A stretch of 64,000 bases of DNA. Source: Chloroflexota bacterium (GTDB taxonomy: Bacteria > Chloroflexota > Dormibacteria > Aeolococcales > Aeolococcaceae). The first letter of the stretch is position 1. Each line of letters begins with the position of its first letter. The translations under genes were made by a program, and so were the position numbers. The notes below the pieces were generated by a model. The model had not been told where the DNA came from and did no database searches. It was given only the letters and a program-made list of their open reading frames with translations. The stretch lies in the NCBI GenBank assembly GCA_005880985.1, contig VBIQ01000006.1, forward strand, positions 5,088-69,087, written 5' to 3'. This document shows, piece by piece, positions 50,828-60,143 of this stretch.

Positions 50828-51601
50828 ATGTCCAATCCCGACAAGTACGCCACCGCGGTCGTCATCGACCGGCGCGACCTCTGCGACGACCTCTGGGTGG
50901 TTCGGCTGCGCACCGACTGCGAGCTCCCCTTCCGCCCCGGCCAGTACGCGACCCTCGGCCTGGAGCTGAACGGGAAGGTGGTCGAGCGCCCCTACTCGAT
51001 CGTCTCCGCCCCGGAGGAGACGGACGTCGAGATCTTCATCGAGCTGGTGCCCGAGGGCGCGCTGACCTCCCACCTCTACCGTCTCGGCACCGGCGACGAG
51101 ATCCTGGTGCGCCGCAAGACCAAGGGCCTCTTCCTGCGCAACACGCCGGTCGACGGGCAGGCCCATCTCTTCGTCGCCACCGTGACCGGGATCGCTCCCT
51201 TCGTCAGTTTCCTGCGGCGGCTCGCCGCCCGCTGGCGGGCGGGAGAGTGGTCGACCGAGCAACGCATCACCCTGCTACAGGGGGCGAGCCGCTCCTACGA
51301 GTTCGGCTACCTCGACGAGATGCGGGCGATGGCCGCCGAGGTGCCGTGGTTCGAGTACGTGCCCACCGTCAGCCGGCCCTGGGAGGACCCGGAGTGGCGT
51401 GGTGAGACCGGTCGGGTGGAGGACGTGCTGCGCAAGTACGCGGATGCCGCCGGGATCGCTCCGGGATCAGGTGCCGTCTACCTCTGCGGCCACCCGGGGA
51501 TGATCGCGACCGGTCGCGCCATCATGCGCCGCCGCGGTCTCAACGACGACAGCGAGATCTTCGAAGAGCAGTACTGGCCGGACACCAAGGCAGCCTCCTG
51601 A
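50828..51601 (+). CDS. fpr: Ferredoxin-NADP+ reductase (plant-type FNR fold)
   Basis: RPYSIVS FAD-binding motif; NAD(P) binding GTGIAPFVSFL; CGHPGM near the C-terminus. Confidence 0.8.
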   Translation: MSNPDKYATAVVIDRRDLCDDLWVVRLRTDCELPFRPGQYATLGLELNGKVVERPYSIVSAPEETDVEIFIELVPEGALTSHLYRLGTGDEILVRRKTKGLFLRNTPVDGQAHLFVATVTGIAPFVSFLRRLAARWRAGEWSTEQRITLLQGASRSYEFGYLDEMRAMAAEVPWFEYVPTVSRPWEDPEWRGETGRVEDVLRKYADAAGIAPGSGAVYLCGHPGMIATGRAIMRRRGLNDDSEIFEEQYWPDTKAAS

Positions 51602-52592
51602 CCCGGCCCGGCGGCGCGATGAGGGCGAGGACGGCGGCGGCGCCGCCGACGGGAACGGCGGGAAGCGCCAGCGTGGCGAGCTCCGTCCCGGCGCGGGCAT
51701 GCAGCGCGGCGGCGAGGAAGGCGGTGGTGTTCTCCCAGACGTCGTCGGCGTAGGCGACGGCGTGTCGCGACCCCGCCAGCAGCTGCACCTCGACGGGGAC
51801 GCCGTGGTCGCTGAGCCGTCGCGCCATGGCGCGGGCCTGCGATGCCGGGACGATCTCCTCCAGGCTGCCGGCGAGCAGCACCGGCGGCGATCCGTCGACC
51901 ATCTGCTCCAACGGTGACGCGGCCGCATACCGCGGGGAGCAATCGGCGACGTCGCATCCGATGAAGTGGTGAGCTGCGGCGCGCAGCCACGCGGGCGTGG
52001 CGTCGCCGCCGGCGACCATGGTGCGCAGGTCCATCGGACCGGACCAGGAGACGACGCCGGCGACCGGCCCGGCGGTGCGCTCGGGGTGGTGGGTCGCGTC
52101 GAGACCGGTGAGCACGGCGAGGTTGGCCCCCGCCGACTCGCCCAGCAGGGCGACCCGCCGCGGATCGACGTCATAGGACCTCGCATGGTCGCGCAGCCAG
52201 CGCACTCCCGCCTCCACGTCGTCGAGCTCGGCGGGAAACGGTGCCGCAGCGTCGGTGCGATAGTCGATGGTGGCCGCCACCCAGCCGCGCTCCGCCAACC
52301 GCTGCGCCGCAAGATCGAGATAGCCGCGGTCGCCGCCCCGCCAGGCGCCGCCGTGGACGAGGACCACGGCCGGTCTCGGTCCCTCGGCCGCGGCGGGCAC
52401 GAACACGTCGGCGCGCAGGACCACGCCATCGGGGTGAGCGATCATCACCCCCAGCAGGGCTGCGTAGCTCGGTCGCGCCGTCCAGGCGCCGAGGGCCAGC
52501 AGAAGGGCAAGCGAAGCACCGGCCAGGATGGCCCGGCCGCAGCTGACGGCACCGCCGGCGCTGCCGCGACAGCGTCCCCCTCTCTGTGACAC
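51540..52592 (-). CDS. Secreted alpha/beta hydrolase (esterase/lipase, HGG-type)
   Basis: Oxyanion HGGAW, nucleophile GESAGAN, signal-peptide-like N-terminus. The 3' end overlaps convergent fpr by about 60 nt. Start approximate. Confidence 0.7.
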   Translation of the reverse strand: MSQRGGRCRGSAGGAVSCGRAILAGASLALLLALGAWTARPSYAALLGVMIAHPDGVVLRADVFVPAAAEGPRPAVVLVHGGAWRGGDRGYLDLAAQRLAERGWVAATIDYRTDAAAPFPAELDDVEAGVRWLRDHARSYDVDPRRVALLGESAGANLAVLTGLDATHHPERTAGPVAGVVSWSGPMDLRTMVAGGDATPAWLRAAAHHFIGCDVADCSPRYAAASPLEQMVDGSPPVLLAGSLEEIVPASQARAMARRLSDHGVPVEVQLLAGSRHAVAYADDVWENTTAFLAAALHARAGTELATLALPAVPVGGAAAVLALIAPPGRVRRLPWCPASTALRRSRCRR

Positions 52593-52669
52593 GACGACTG
52601 CGACTCTACGGGCCCCCAGCCGAACGTGGCGTATCGCGTCACGGCGTCGCGGCACCGTAGAGTCGGGCA

Positions 52670-54190
52670 ATGCCCGGCGGCCGGCTGACCCCACTGGACA
52701 CCACCTTCCTCAGCCTCGAGGACGGCACCACCGCACACATGCACATCGCCGGCGTCTGCCTCTTCGAGGGGCCCGCACCCGCCTACAGCGAGCTCATCGC
52801 GGCGGTGGAACGGCGTCTGCACCTGGTGCCGCGCTACCGGCAGCGACTCAGCTTCGCCCCCTTCGGGCTCAACCACCCGGAGTGGGTCGACGATCCCTTC
52901 TTCACCCTCGACTACCATGTGCGACTCACCGCCCTGCCTCGTCCGGGGAGCGAGGACCAGCTCAGGAAGCTGGCCGGGCGGATCCTGTCGCAGCGGCTGG
53001 ATCGCGAGCGTCCGCTGTGGGAGATGTGGCTGGTCGAGAGGATCGAGGGCGATCGCTGGGCGCTGATCAGCAAGACCCATCACGCCCTGGTCGACGGCAT
53101 CTCCGGAGTCGACATCGCCACCGTCCTCTTCGATCTCGAGCGCACTCCTGCCGACCAGGGCACGCGTCCTCGCCCCTGGCATGCGGAGCCGTGGCCGAGC
53201 GCCGCGGGAAGCGCGGTGCGGGCGGTGGCCGACCGCGTCAGCTCGCAGGCCCAGGCCGGCCGCGCCGCGGTCGAGCTGATCCGCCGGCCTGACGACCTCC
53301 GCGCCGCGATCGCCAACGCGGCGGGCGCGGTGCTGAGCTCGGTGCGTCCCGGGCCGCCGTCGATCTACAACGTGCACATCGGGCCGCATCGCCGCTTCAC
53401 CTGGGTGCGCAGCTCGCTGGCGGAGGTGAAGGCGATCAAGAACGCGCTCGGCGGCACCGTCAACGACGTCGTGCTCGCCGCGGTCACCGGTGCGTTGGGA
53501 CGTCACATGCGCCGTCGCGGGGAGCGGGTCAGCGGGGTCGAGCTGGTGGCGATGGTCCCGGTCAGCGTGCGCGCCGAGATCGAGCGCGGTGCCCTCGGCA
53601 ACCGGGTCTCGTCGTACTTCGCGCCGCTTCCGGTCGGGGTCACCGATCCGGTCAAGCGGCTTCGCCGGGTGTCGGGCGCGATGCGCGGCCTCAAGGAGAG
53701 CGGCAACGCGGTGGGAGCGGAGATCCTCACCCAGCTCGGAGGCCTCGCCCCGGCGACGATCATCGCCCAGGCGTCGCGGCTGGTGGCCGGCTCGCGCGTC
53801 TTCAACCTGACCATCACCAACGTCCCCGGCCCGCAGTTGCCGCTCTACATGGCCGGACGCCAGCTCCTCGATGTCTTCCCGATGGTGCCGCTCGCTCCCG
53901 ACCATGCTCTGGGCATCGCCATCATCAGCTACCACGGCACCCTCGACTTCGGGCTCGTCGGCGACTACGACGCCATGGCCGACGTCGAGGATCTCGCCGG
54001 CGACCTCGCCGAGTCCCTCGAGGAGCTGGCGGTGGCGGCGGGGGTGCATGGCGGGGACGCAGCCACCTCGCGGCGCGGCCGTGGCCGCGCGGCGCCGACG
54101 GCGAACGGCTCCGGCGATGGGTCCCGTGGCAACGGTCGCACCCGTGCGGCCGGAGGAGCACGCCGCGGCGCGGGCCGCGGCGCCGGCTGA
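52670..54190 (+). CDS. Wax ester synthase / diacylglycerol O-acyltransferase (WS/DGAT)
   Basis: HHALVDG active-site motif in the N-terminal domain. 506 aa with a Gly/Arg-rich tail. Confidence 0.85.
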   Translation: MPGGRLTPLDTTFLSLEDGTTAHMHIAGVCLFEGPAPAYSELIAAVERRLHLVPRYRQRLSFAPFGLNHPEWVDDPFFTLDYHVRLTALPRPGSEDQLRKLAGRILSQRLDRERPLWEMWLVERIEGDRWALISKTHHALVDGISGVDIATVLFDLERTPADQGTRPRPWHAEPWPSAAGSAVRAVADRVSSQAQAGRAAVELIRRPDDLRAAIANAAGAVLSSVRPGPPSIYNVHIGPHRRFTWVRSSLAEVKAIKNALGGTVNDVVLAAVTGALGRHMRRRGERVSGVELVAMVPVSVRAEIERGALGNRVSSYFAPLPVGVTDPVKRLRRVSGAMRGLKESGNAVGAEILTQLGGLAPATIIAQASRLVAGSRVFNLTITNVPGPQLPLYMAGRQLLDVFPMVPLAPDHALGIAIISYHGTLDFGLVGDYDAMADVEDLAGDLAESLEELAVAAGVHGGDAATSRRGRGRAAPTANGSGDGSRGNGRTRAAGGARRGAGRGAG

Positions 54191-54201
54191 GGCCGATCGA
54201 G

Positions 54202-54927
<726 letters not shown>

Positions 54928-54997
54928 GAGGGAGCGCAGCGGTGCGCCCCGCTGAGGCGCAGGGGCGGCCTCCGTCCGGGGAGACCGCCCCTGCTGC

Positions 54998-55501
54998 TCA
55001 TGGGGTGAGGGTGTTGATCGCCGACTGGACCGGAGCCGGCGGGGTGATGCCCATCACCGTCGTGGTCTTCCGGCGCGGAGCGCGGCTGGTCTTCCGGGCA
55101 GCCGCCGGCTTCTTCGCCCGCTTCGGCGCGGTCTTGCGCGGCGCCGCGACCCTGGAGACGGCACGCTTGGCGGTGGTCCGCTTGGCCGTGGTGCGCTTCG
55201 CGCTCCGCTTCGCCGAGCGCTTGGTCGCGCGCTTCGCCGTCGTCTTCTTCCGACCACCGCGGGCCGCGGTGGTCCGCTGCCCGGCCAGCTGCCGGCGGAG
55301 CCGCTCGTTCTCGCTGGCGAGCCTGCGGAGCTCGGCCCCGAGGATCCGCAGCGCCTGATCGGCTGCTCCTCCCAGCGCGCGGCCCGCGGGCGTCTTGGCA
55401 GCTCTGCGGCCCACCGCCCTCGCCGCACGCCTGACCGTCCCAGTCGCGCGCGCCGCCGCCTTGCGTGCGGTCGACTTGCGCCGCCGTGTCACTCGTGCCA
55501 C
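54998..55501 (-). CDS. Lys/Arg/Ala-rich basic protein with a central coiled-coil and histone-H1-like (AKRTTAKR) repeats
   Basis: GTG start preceded by GGGAGG. 168 aa and strongly basic. LRILGAELRRLASENERLRRQL coiled coil. Function unknown. Confidence 0.5.
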   Translation of the reverse strand: MARVTRRRKSTARKAAARATGTVRRAARAVGRRAAKTPAGRALGGAADQALRILGAELRRLASENERLRRQLAGQRTTAARGGRKKTTAKRATKRSAKRSAKRTTAKRTTAKRAVSRVAAPRKTAPKRAKKPAAARKTSRAPRRKTTTVMGITPPAPVQSAINTLTP

Positions 55502-55726
55502 TGCACTACCTCCCTGGGGTGCGGAGCACTCCGCACCAAAACGCGCATTACAGCACACGTGTGACAGAAACACACGCGCGCGAATGGCTCAGCGCGCGGC
55601 TGAGCTGGTGGTCGGGGCGATGCGGCGCGAGGCGTTGTGCGTCGTGCTGCCGCAGACCAACATCTGGGGCTCGGGCGTTCCGGTGCGCACCGTCGTCGCT
55701 GCGCGGCCCGGAAGCGAGGGCTGACG

Positions 55727-55820
55727 GTGGCGGGAAGGGAGGGATTCGAACCCTCGGAGGAGCTTGACACCCCTCACCCGCTTAGCAGGCGGGCGCTTTC
55801 GGCCACTCAGCCACCTCCCC
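55727..55820 (-). tRNA. tRNA-Ser (anticodon GCT)
   Basis: Reverse complement GGGGAGGTGGCTGAGTGG...anticodon stem CCCGC/GCGGG with loop CTGCTAA, long variable arm, GGTTCGAATCC T-loop, CCA end. Confidence 0.9.
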
Positions 55821-55913
55821 ACCAGGGTCGATCGAGTATACCGGCGCGCGCTCCGCGTTCTACCCATGCCGTGCTCGCTCGGCACCGTCGTGCGACACTC
55901 TCGCCGCCGGCGC

Positions 55914-56003
55914 GGAGGCATGCCGGAGCGGTTGATCGGAGCGGTCTTGAAAACCGCAAGGGCCGTCAAGCCCTCGGGGGTTCGAATCCCTCTGCCTCCG
56001 CCA
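55914..56003 (+). tRNA. tRNA-Ser (anticodon TGA)
   Basis: GGAGGCATGCCGGAGCGG...anticodon stem GCGGT/ACCGC with loop CTTGAAA, long variable arm, GGTTCGAATCC, CCA end. Confidence 0.9.
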
Positions 56004-56092
56004 GCGCCCCTTGATCGGCTCGCTGTTACCGAGGCGCTGCGGGCTCGGCGCCGCACCGGCCCTCTCCGATGTCGAGAAACCAACCAGTGTCC

Positions 56093-56123
56093 TTGACATC
56101 TCGCGGCGTCCCGTCCGTATACT
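56093..56123 (+). promoter_or_regulatory. Near-consensus sigma-70/SigA-type promoter (TTGACA ... TATACT)
   Basis: TTGACA at 56093-56098 and TATACT at 56118-56123, with a 19-nt spacer (or GTATAC at an 18-nt spacer). It drives a short transcript carrying a 5' hairpin and a mini-ORF. Confidence 0.5.
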
Positions 56124-56201
56124 GCGGCGGTCCTCGAAGGGAGGACCTCGGGAGGGACACATTTGCTCGCACATCGACCGCGTCGCACCGTCCGCTCGTG
56201 G

Positions 56202-56282
56202 ATGGCCGGACGAGTCGGCACGGCCTCTCTCACCCTGACGGCCGTCCTCTTCGTCGTCGGCGCCGCCATCGCCGCCCACTGA
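56202..56282 (+). CDS. Candidate 26-aa hydrophobic micro-protein (MAGRVGTASLTLTAVLFVVGAAIAAH)
   Basis: ATG about 80 nt downstream of the promoter above. Single TM-like helix. No convincing SD sequence. Speculative. Confidence 0.25.
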   Translation: MAGRVGTASLTLTAVLFVVGAAIAAH

Positions 56283-56683
56283 GACCGCTCAGCTCGCCGC
56301 CGGTCTGCTAGCGCCGGGTGGGGGAGGCGTCGTCGCTGCGGAGACCCGCGGTTCCGACGCCTTTGGCGTCGGCCCGCTGCGCTCGGCTCGCTCAGCTCGC
56401 CTGCGCGACGGTCTCCTCCGCGACGACGCCTCCCCCACCTCAGCCACAAGCGACAACGTGCTCAGCACCCCTCGCCCACGCGAAGCGCCGGTTCCGAAGC
56501 GCCGCTCCGCGATGAGTCGCGCGCCTCGCATCATGAGGGCGGAGGGGGCACGTCGCGGAGGAGGCCGTCGCGGCGTGGCGTGCAGCCGCGTCCGCGCCGA
56601 GCGAGTCGACGCCGGTAGGCGTCGGCCGCGTGCCGCCGCAGCGACGTGCCCCCTCCGCCCCCGGAACCGGCGCAGCCCCCGCT

Positions 56684-57868
56684 TCAGCCGAGAGCCGACC
56701 GCGGCGCGGAGGACACCAAGCCGGAGACGATCTCCATGGCCTCCTCGAGCCGCTCGCGCGGTGCCGTGAAGCAGATGCGGAGATGGCTCGGCATCCCGAA
56801 ACCGACGCCCGGCGCCACCAGTACCCGGCGGCGAGCGAGCGTCTGCACGAAGTCGAGGGTGTCGTCCCAGGGCGAGCGGGCCCAGAGGTAGAGCGCTCCG
56901 TCGGGGACGCCGAGGTCGAGGCCCGCCTCGCGGGCGCAGGCGACGGCGTGGTCGCGGCGCTCGACGTAGGGGAGGGTGTCGACCTGCCACACCGGCAGGT
57001 GCAGCAGCATCCGCTGCATGGTGGCGGGAGCGTTGACGAACCCGATCGCCCGCATGCACACCTCGAGAGCGCGGCCGATCTCCGGGGTCGCCAGCGCGGG
57101 ATGCAGCGCCAGGTAGCCGATGCGCTCGCCGGCGAGACCGAGATCCTTGGAGAACGATCGCGCCAGCACCGTGCGCGGGTGGAGTGCGAACGGGTCGACG
57201 CGACGCGCCGGAGGGTAGACCAGCCGGTGGTACACCTCGTCGACGATCAGCAGCACCGGGCCGCCGGCAACCGGCGCATGCTCCTCCAGCACCTCCGCCA
57301 GCGCCGCCATCTCCGATTCGTCGACCACATGACCACTGGGGTTGCAGGGGGTGTTGAGCACCAGGGCGCGGGTGCGCGGGGTGAGGGCGGCGGCAATGGC
57401 CTCGAGATCGAGCCCGCCGTCGTCACTCGGTGCCGCCGGGACGAAGGTCGCTCCGATGGTGTTGCAGTACGCCGGGTACTCACCGAAGTAGGGCGTGATG
57501 CCGACCACCTCGTCACCCACATCGACGAAGGCACGCAGCGCCAGGACCACCGCGGCACCGGCGCCGCCGGTCAGGATGATGGATTCGCGCTCCAGCCCCT
57601 CGACCCCCATGTGCGCGGCGACCCGCTCGCGCACCTCGGGAAAGCCGAGGTTGGGCATGTAGCCGAATCGCGCCCGACCGCGTTCGCTGGCCGCCGCCAG
57701 CAGCGCATCCCTGACCTCGGGGAGTGGCTCATCGAGGGGCTGTCCGAGAGCGAGGTCGACGACGGCGTCGTCGCCGAACTCGGCGCGCAACCGCTGTCCC
57801 TGGGCGAACATGCGACGCACCCAGCCTCCGGCCGCGACCTGGGCGCTGGCCCAGCGGGAGAGCGTCAA
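56684..57868 (-). CDS. PLP-dependent aminotransferase class I (aspartate/aromatic aminotransferase-like)
   Basis: Motifs NTPCNPSGHV and SFSKDLGLAGERIGY (PLP lysine). Its start overlaps the hmgA stop (ATGA). Confidence 0.85.
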   Translation of the reverse strand: MTLSRWASAQVAAGGWVRRMFAQGQRLRAEFGDDAVVDLALGQPLDEPLPEVRDALLAAASERGRARFGYMPNLGFPEVRERVAAHMGVEGLERESIILTGGAGAAVVLALRAFVDVGDEVVGITPYFGEYPAYCNTIGATFVPAAPSDDGGLDLEAIAAALTPRTRALVLNTPCNPSGHVVDESEMAALAEVLEEHAPVAGGPVLLIVDEVYHRLVYPPARRVDPFALHPRTVLARSFSKDLGLAGERIGYLALHPALATPEIGRALEVCMRAIGFVNAPATMQRMLLHLPVWQVDTLPYVERRDHAVACAREAGLDLGVPDGALYLWARSPWDDTLDFVQTLARRRVLVAPGVGFGMPSHLRICFTAPRERLEEAMEIVSGLVSSAPRSALG

Positions 57869-59022
57869 CTGCTCGCGGACCAGGAGTAGGGGTAGCAGGT
57901 GTCGAGAACCTGTCGTGCCGCCTGGGTGCGGTGGAGCGGGCGGAAGGTGTCGATCATCACCGCCAGCTCGCTGGTCTCGCGGGCGCCGGTGAGGGCTGCT
58001 TCGAGGGCGCCCGGTTGCGGTCCGTGGGGGACACCGCCGACGTGGTGGGTCAGCGATCCCTCGCGCACCCCGCGCCGGGCGGAGTAGTCACCCCCGCAGT
58101 AGTACATCACCTCGTCGGAGTCGAGGTTGCTGTGATGATAGGGGAGGGCCACCGCCTCGGGATCCCAGTCGATCTTTCGCGGCACGAAGTTGCAGATCAC
58201 CAGCCCGGGCGCCTGGAACACCTGGTGCGTCGGCGGGGGAACATGGAAGCGTCCCGCCCGCGGCTCGAAGTCGTGGATCGAGAAGGCGCAGGGGTACACC
58301 GTCCCGTCCCAGCCGATGACGTCGAAGGGGTGGTGGTCGAGGCAGTAGCGGGTGATCCGGCCGCCGCGCTTCAGCATCACCTCCGCCGGACCGTCGGCCT
58401 GCTCGAGCTCCTCGGGAGCGCGGATGTCCCGCTCCGAGTACGGGGCGGCCTCGAGCAGCTGCCCGTTGCGGGAGCGATATCGCTCCGGCGAATCGACCAG
58501 CCCGGTGCACTCCAGCACCAGGACCCGGGTCGCCTGCGGCGCGGCGAGCTCGATGCGGTGCACCGTGCCCCTGGGGATGACCAGGTAGTCACCCTCCGCG
58601 ATCGGCAGGCGGCCGAACTGAGAGTGGAGGGTGGCCGCGCCGCGGTGGAAGAAGAGCACCTCGTCGGCGGACCCGTTGACGAACAGGGTCTCCTGCTGCC
58701 GCTCCGGGACAGCGACGCCGACGCGCACGTCGTCGTTGACCAGCAGCCAGCCACGCCCGCTGACGATGTCGCCCTCCGGCTGCATCCGCCAGGCCTCGAG
58801 GTGGGCATGGGTGTGGACCTGCTCCAACTCCATCGCCGCCCGGTCGTCGGCGCCGGGGACGACGTCGTGCGCCGCCTCCGGCATGCCCAGGTGATAGAGC
58901 AGCGAGGACGGACCGGTGAATCCCTCGCGACCAAAGAGCTCCTCGAAGACCGGCCTGCCGCCACGCTCGATCCGCATGTGCCGCTTGCGGGGAAGCTCAC
59001 CCAGGCGTCGGTACGACCGCAT
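57865..59022 (-). CDS. hmgA: Homogentisate 1,2-dioxygenase
   Basis: Cupin-type HGD with conserved Fe-binding His/Glu region (HHSNLDSDEVMYY...HVGGVPHGPQPG). Confidence 0.85.
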   Translation of the reverse strand: MRSYRRLGELPRKRHMRIERGGRPVFEELFGREGFTGPSSLLYHLGMPEAAHDVVPGADDRAAMELEQVHTHAHLEAWRMQPEGDIVSGRGWLLVNDDVRVGVAVPERQQETLFVNGSADEVLFFHRGAATLHSQFGRLPIAEGDYLVIPRGTVHRIELAAPQATRVLVLECTGLVDSPERYRSRNGQLLEAAPYSERDIRAPEELEQADGPAEVMLKRGGRITRYCLDHHPFDVIGWDGTVYPCAFSIHDFEPRAGRFHVPPPTHQVFQAPGLVICNFVPRKIDWDPEAVALPYHHSNLDSDEVMYYCGGDYSARRGVREGSLTHHVGGVPHGPQPGALEAALTGARETSELAVMIDTFRPLHRTQAARQVLDTCYPYSWSASS

Positions 59023-59024
59023 GG

Positions 59025-60143
59025 CTAGAGGTTTCCGCGCGCGGCCTGCTCGCGTTCGATGGCCTCGAAGAGCGCCTTGAAGTTGCCCTTGCCGAAGCCC
59101 TTCGCCCCCTTGCGCTGGATCACCTCGAAGAACAGCGTGGGACGGTCCGCGACGGGGCGGGTGAAGATCTGCAGCAGGTAGCCACCGTCCTCGAAGTCGA
59201 CCAGGACCGACAGCTCGCGAAGCCGGTCGAGATCCTCGCTGACGCCGTGCTCGCGCACCCTGGTGGCGATCTCCTCGTAGTACGCCGACGGAGCGGTCAG
59301 GAACTCGACCCCGCGCTCGCGCATGGCGAAGACGGACTCGACGATGTCGTCGGTGTGCAGGGCGATGTGCTGCACCCCGGCGCCGCCGTAGTAGTCGAGG
59401 TACTCCTGGATCTGCGACGCCCGCAGACCCTCGGCGGGTTCGTTGATGGGGAAGGTGATCCGGGTGCGCTGATCGCGGGTCACCTTGGAGCGGAGCGCGC
59501 TGTATCGGGTGGCGATGTCCTGCTCGTCGAACTCCTGGAAGACGTGAAAGCCGAAGACCTCGCGGTAGAAGTCCACCCAGGAGTCCATGGCACCGAGCTC
59601 GACGTTGCCGACGGTGTGGTCGATGTGGCGCAGTCCCACGCCCCCGCCGGGGCGGCGCTCGGCGCGGTACCCGGGCCAGTGCGGGCCGGAGTACTCGTCG
59701 CGCTCGACGAAGCGATGGACGGTGTCGCCGAAGGTGGCGATGCCCGCGTAGCGGAGGGCACCGTGCGAGTCCTCAACCGTGCGCGGCTCCTCGACCGCAC
59801 GGGCGCCGCGGGCGAGCGCCCCCTCGAAGGCGGCGGTGGCGTCCTCGACCCGGAGCGCGATGGTGCGGACGCCGTCTCCGTGGCGGTGGACGTGGGCCGC
59901 CAGCTCGCCTTCGGGGTGCAGCGGCGCGGTCAGTACCAGCCGCACCCGTCCCTGCTCGAGAACGTACGAGGCCCGGTCGCGCAGCCCGGTCTCCGGTCCC
60001 GCGTAGGCGATCACGTCGAAGCCGAAGGTGCTGCCGTAGTAGTGGGCCGCCTGGCGGGCGTTGCCCACCCACAGCTCGACGTGGTCGGTCCCGGTGAGCA
60101 CCGGCGGCGCCGCCGCCACCGCCCGTTCGATCACCTCAGCCAC
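59025..60143 (-). CDS. hppD: 4-hydroxyphenylpyruvate dioxygenase
   Basis: Two VOC modules with Fe ligands (HIALRV...HIDHTVGNV...QHIALHTDDI, then a C-terminal FFEVIQR Glu). GTG start overlaps the upstream gene by 8 nt. Confidence 0.85.
   Translation of the reverse strand: MAEVIERAVAAAPPVLTGTDHVELWVGNARQAAHYYGSTFGFDVIAYAGPETGLRDRASYVLEQGRVRLVLTAPLHPEGELAAHVHRHGDGVRTIALRVEDATAAFEGALARGARAVEEPRTVEDSHGALRYAGIATFGDTVHRFVERDEYSGPHWPGYRAERRPGGGVGLRHIDHTVGNVELGAMDSWVDFYREVFGFHVFQEFDEQDIATRYSALRSKVTRDQRTRITFPINEPAEGLRASQIQEYLDYYGGAGVQHIALHTDDIVESVFAMRERGVEFLTAPSAYYEEIATRVREHGVSEDLDRLRELSVLVDFEDGGYLLQIFTRPVADRPTLFFEVIQRKGAKGFGKGNFKALFEAIEREQAARGNL

Noticed and set aside
56004-56300. SRP (4.5S) RNA or RNase P RNA next to the tRNA-Ser genes
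   Set aside because: The conserved SRP domain IV motif (GGUCCGGAAGGAAGCAGC) and the RNase P P4 motif are absent. The GGTCCTCGAAGGGAGGACC hairpin is only superficially similar.
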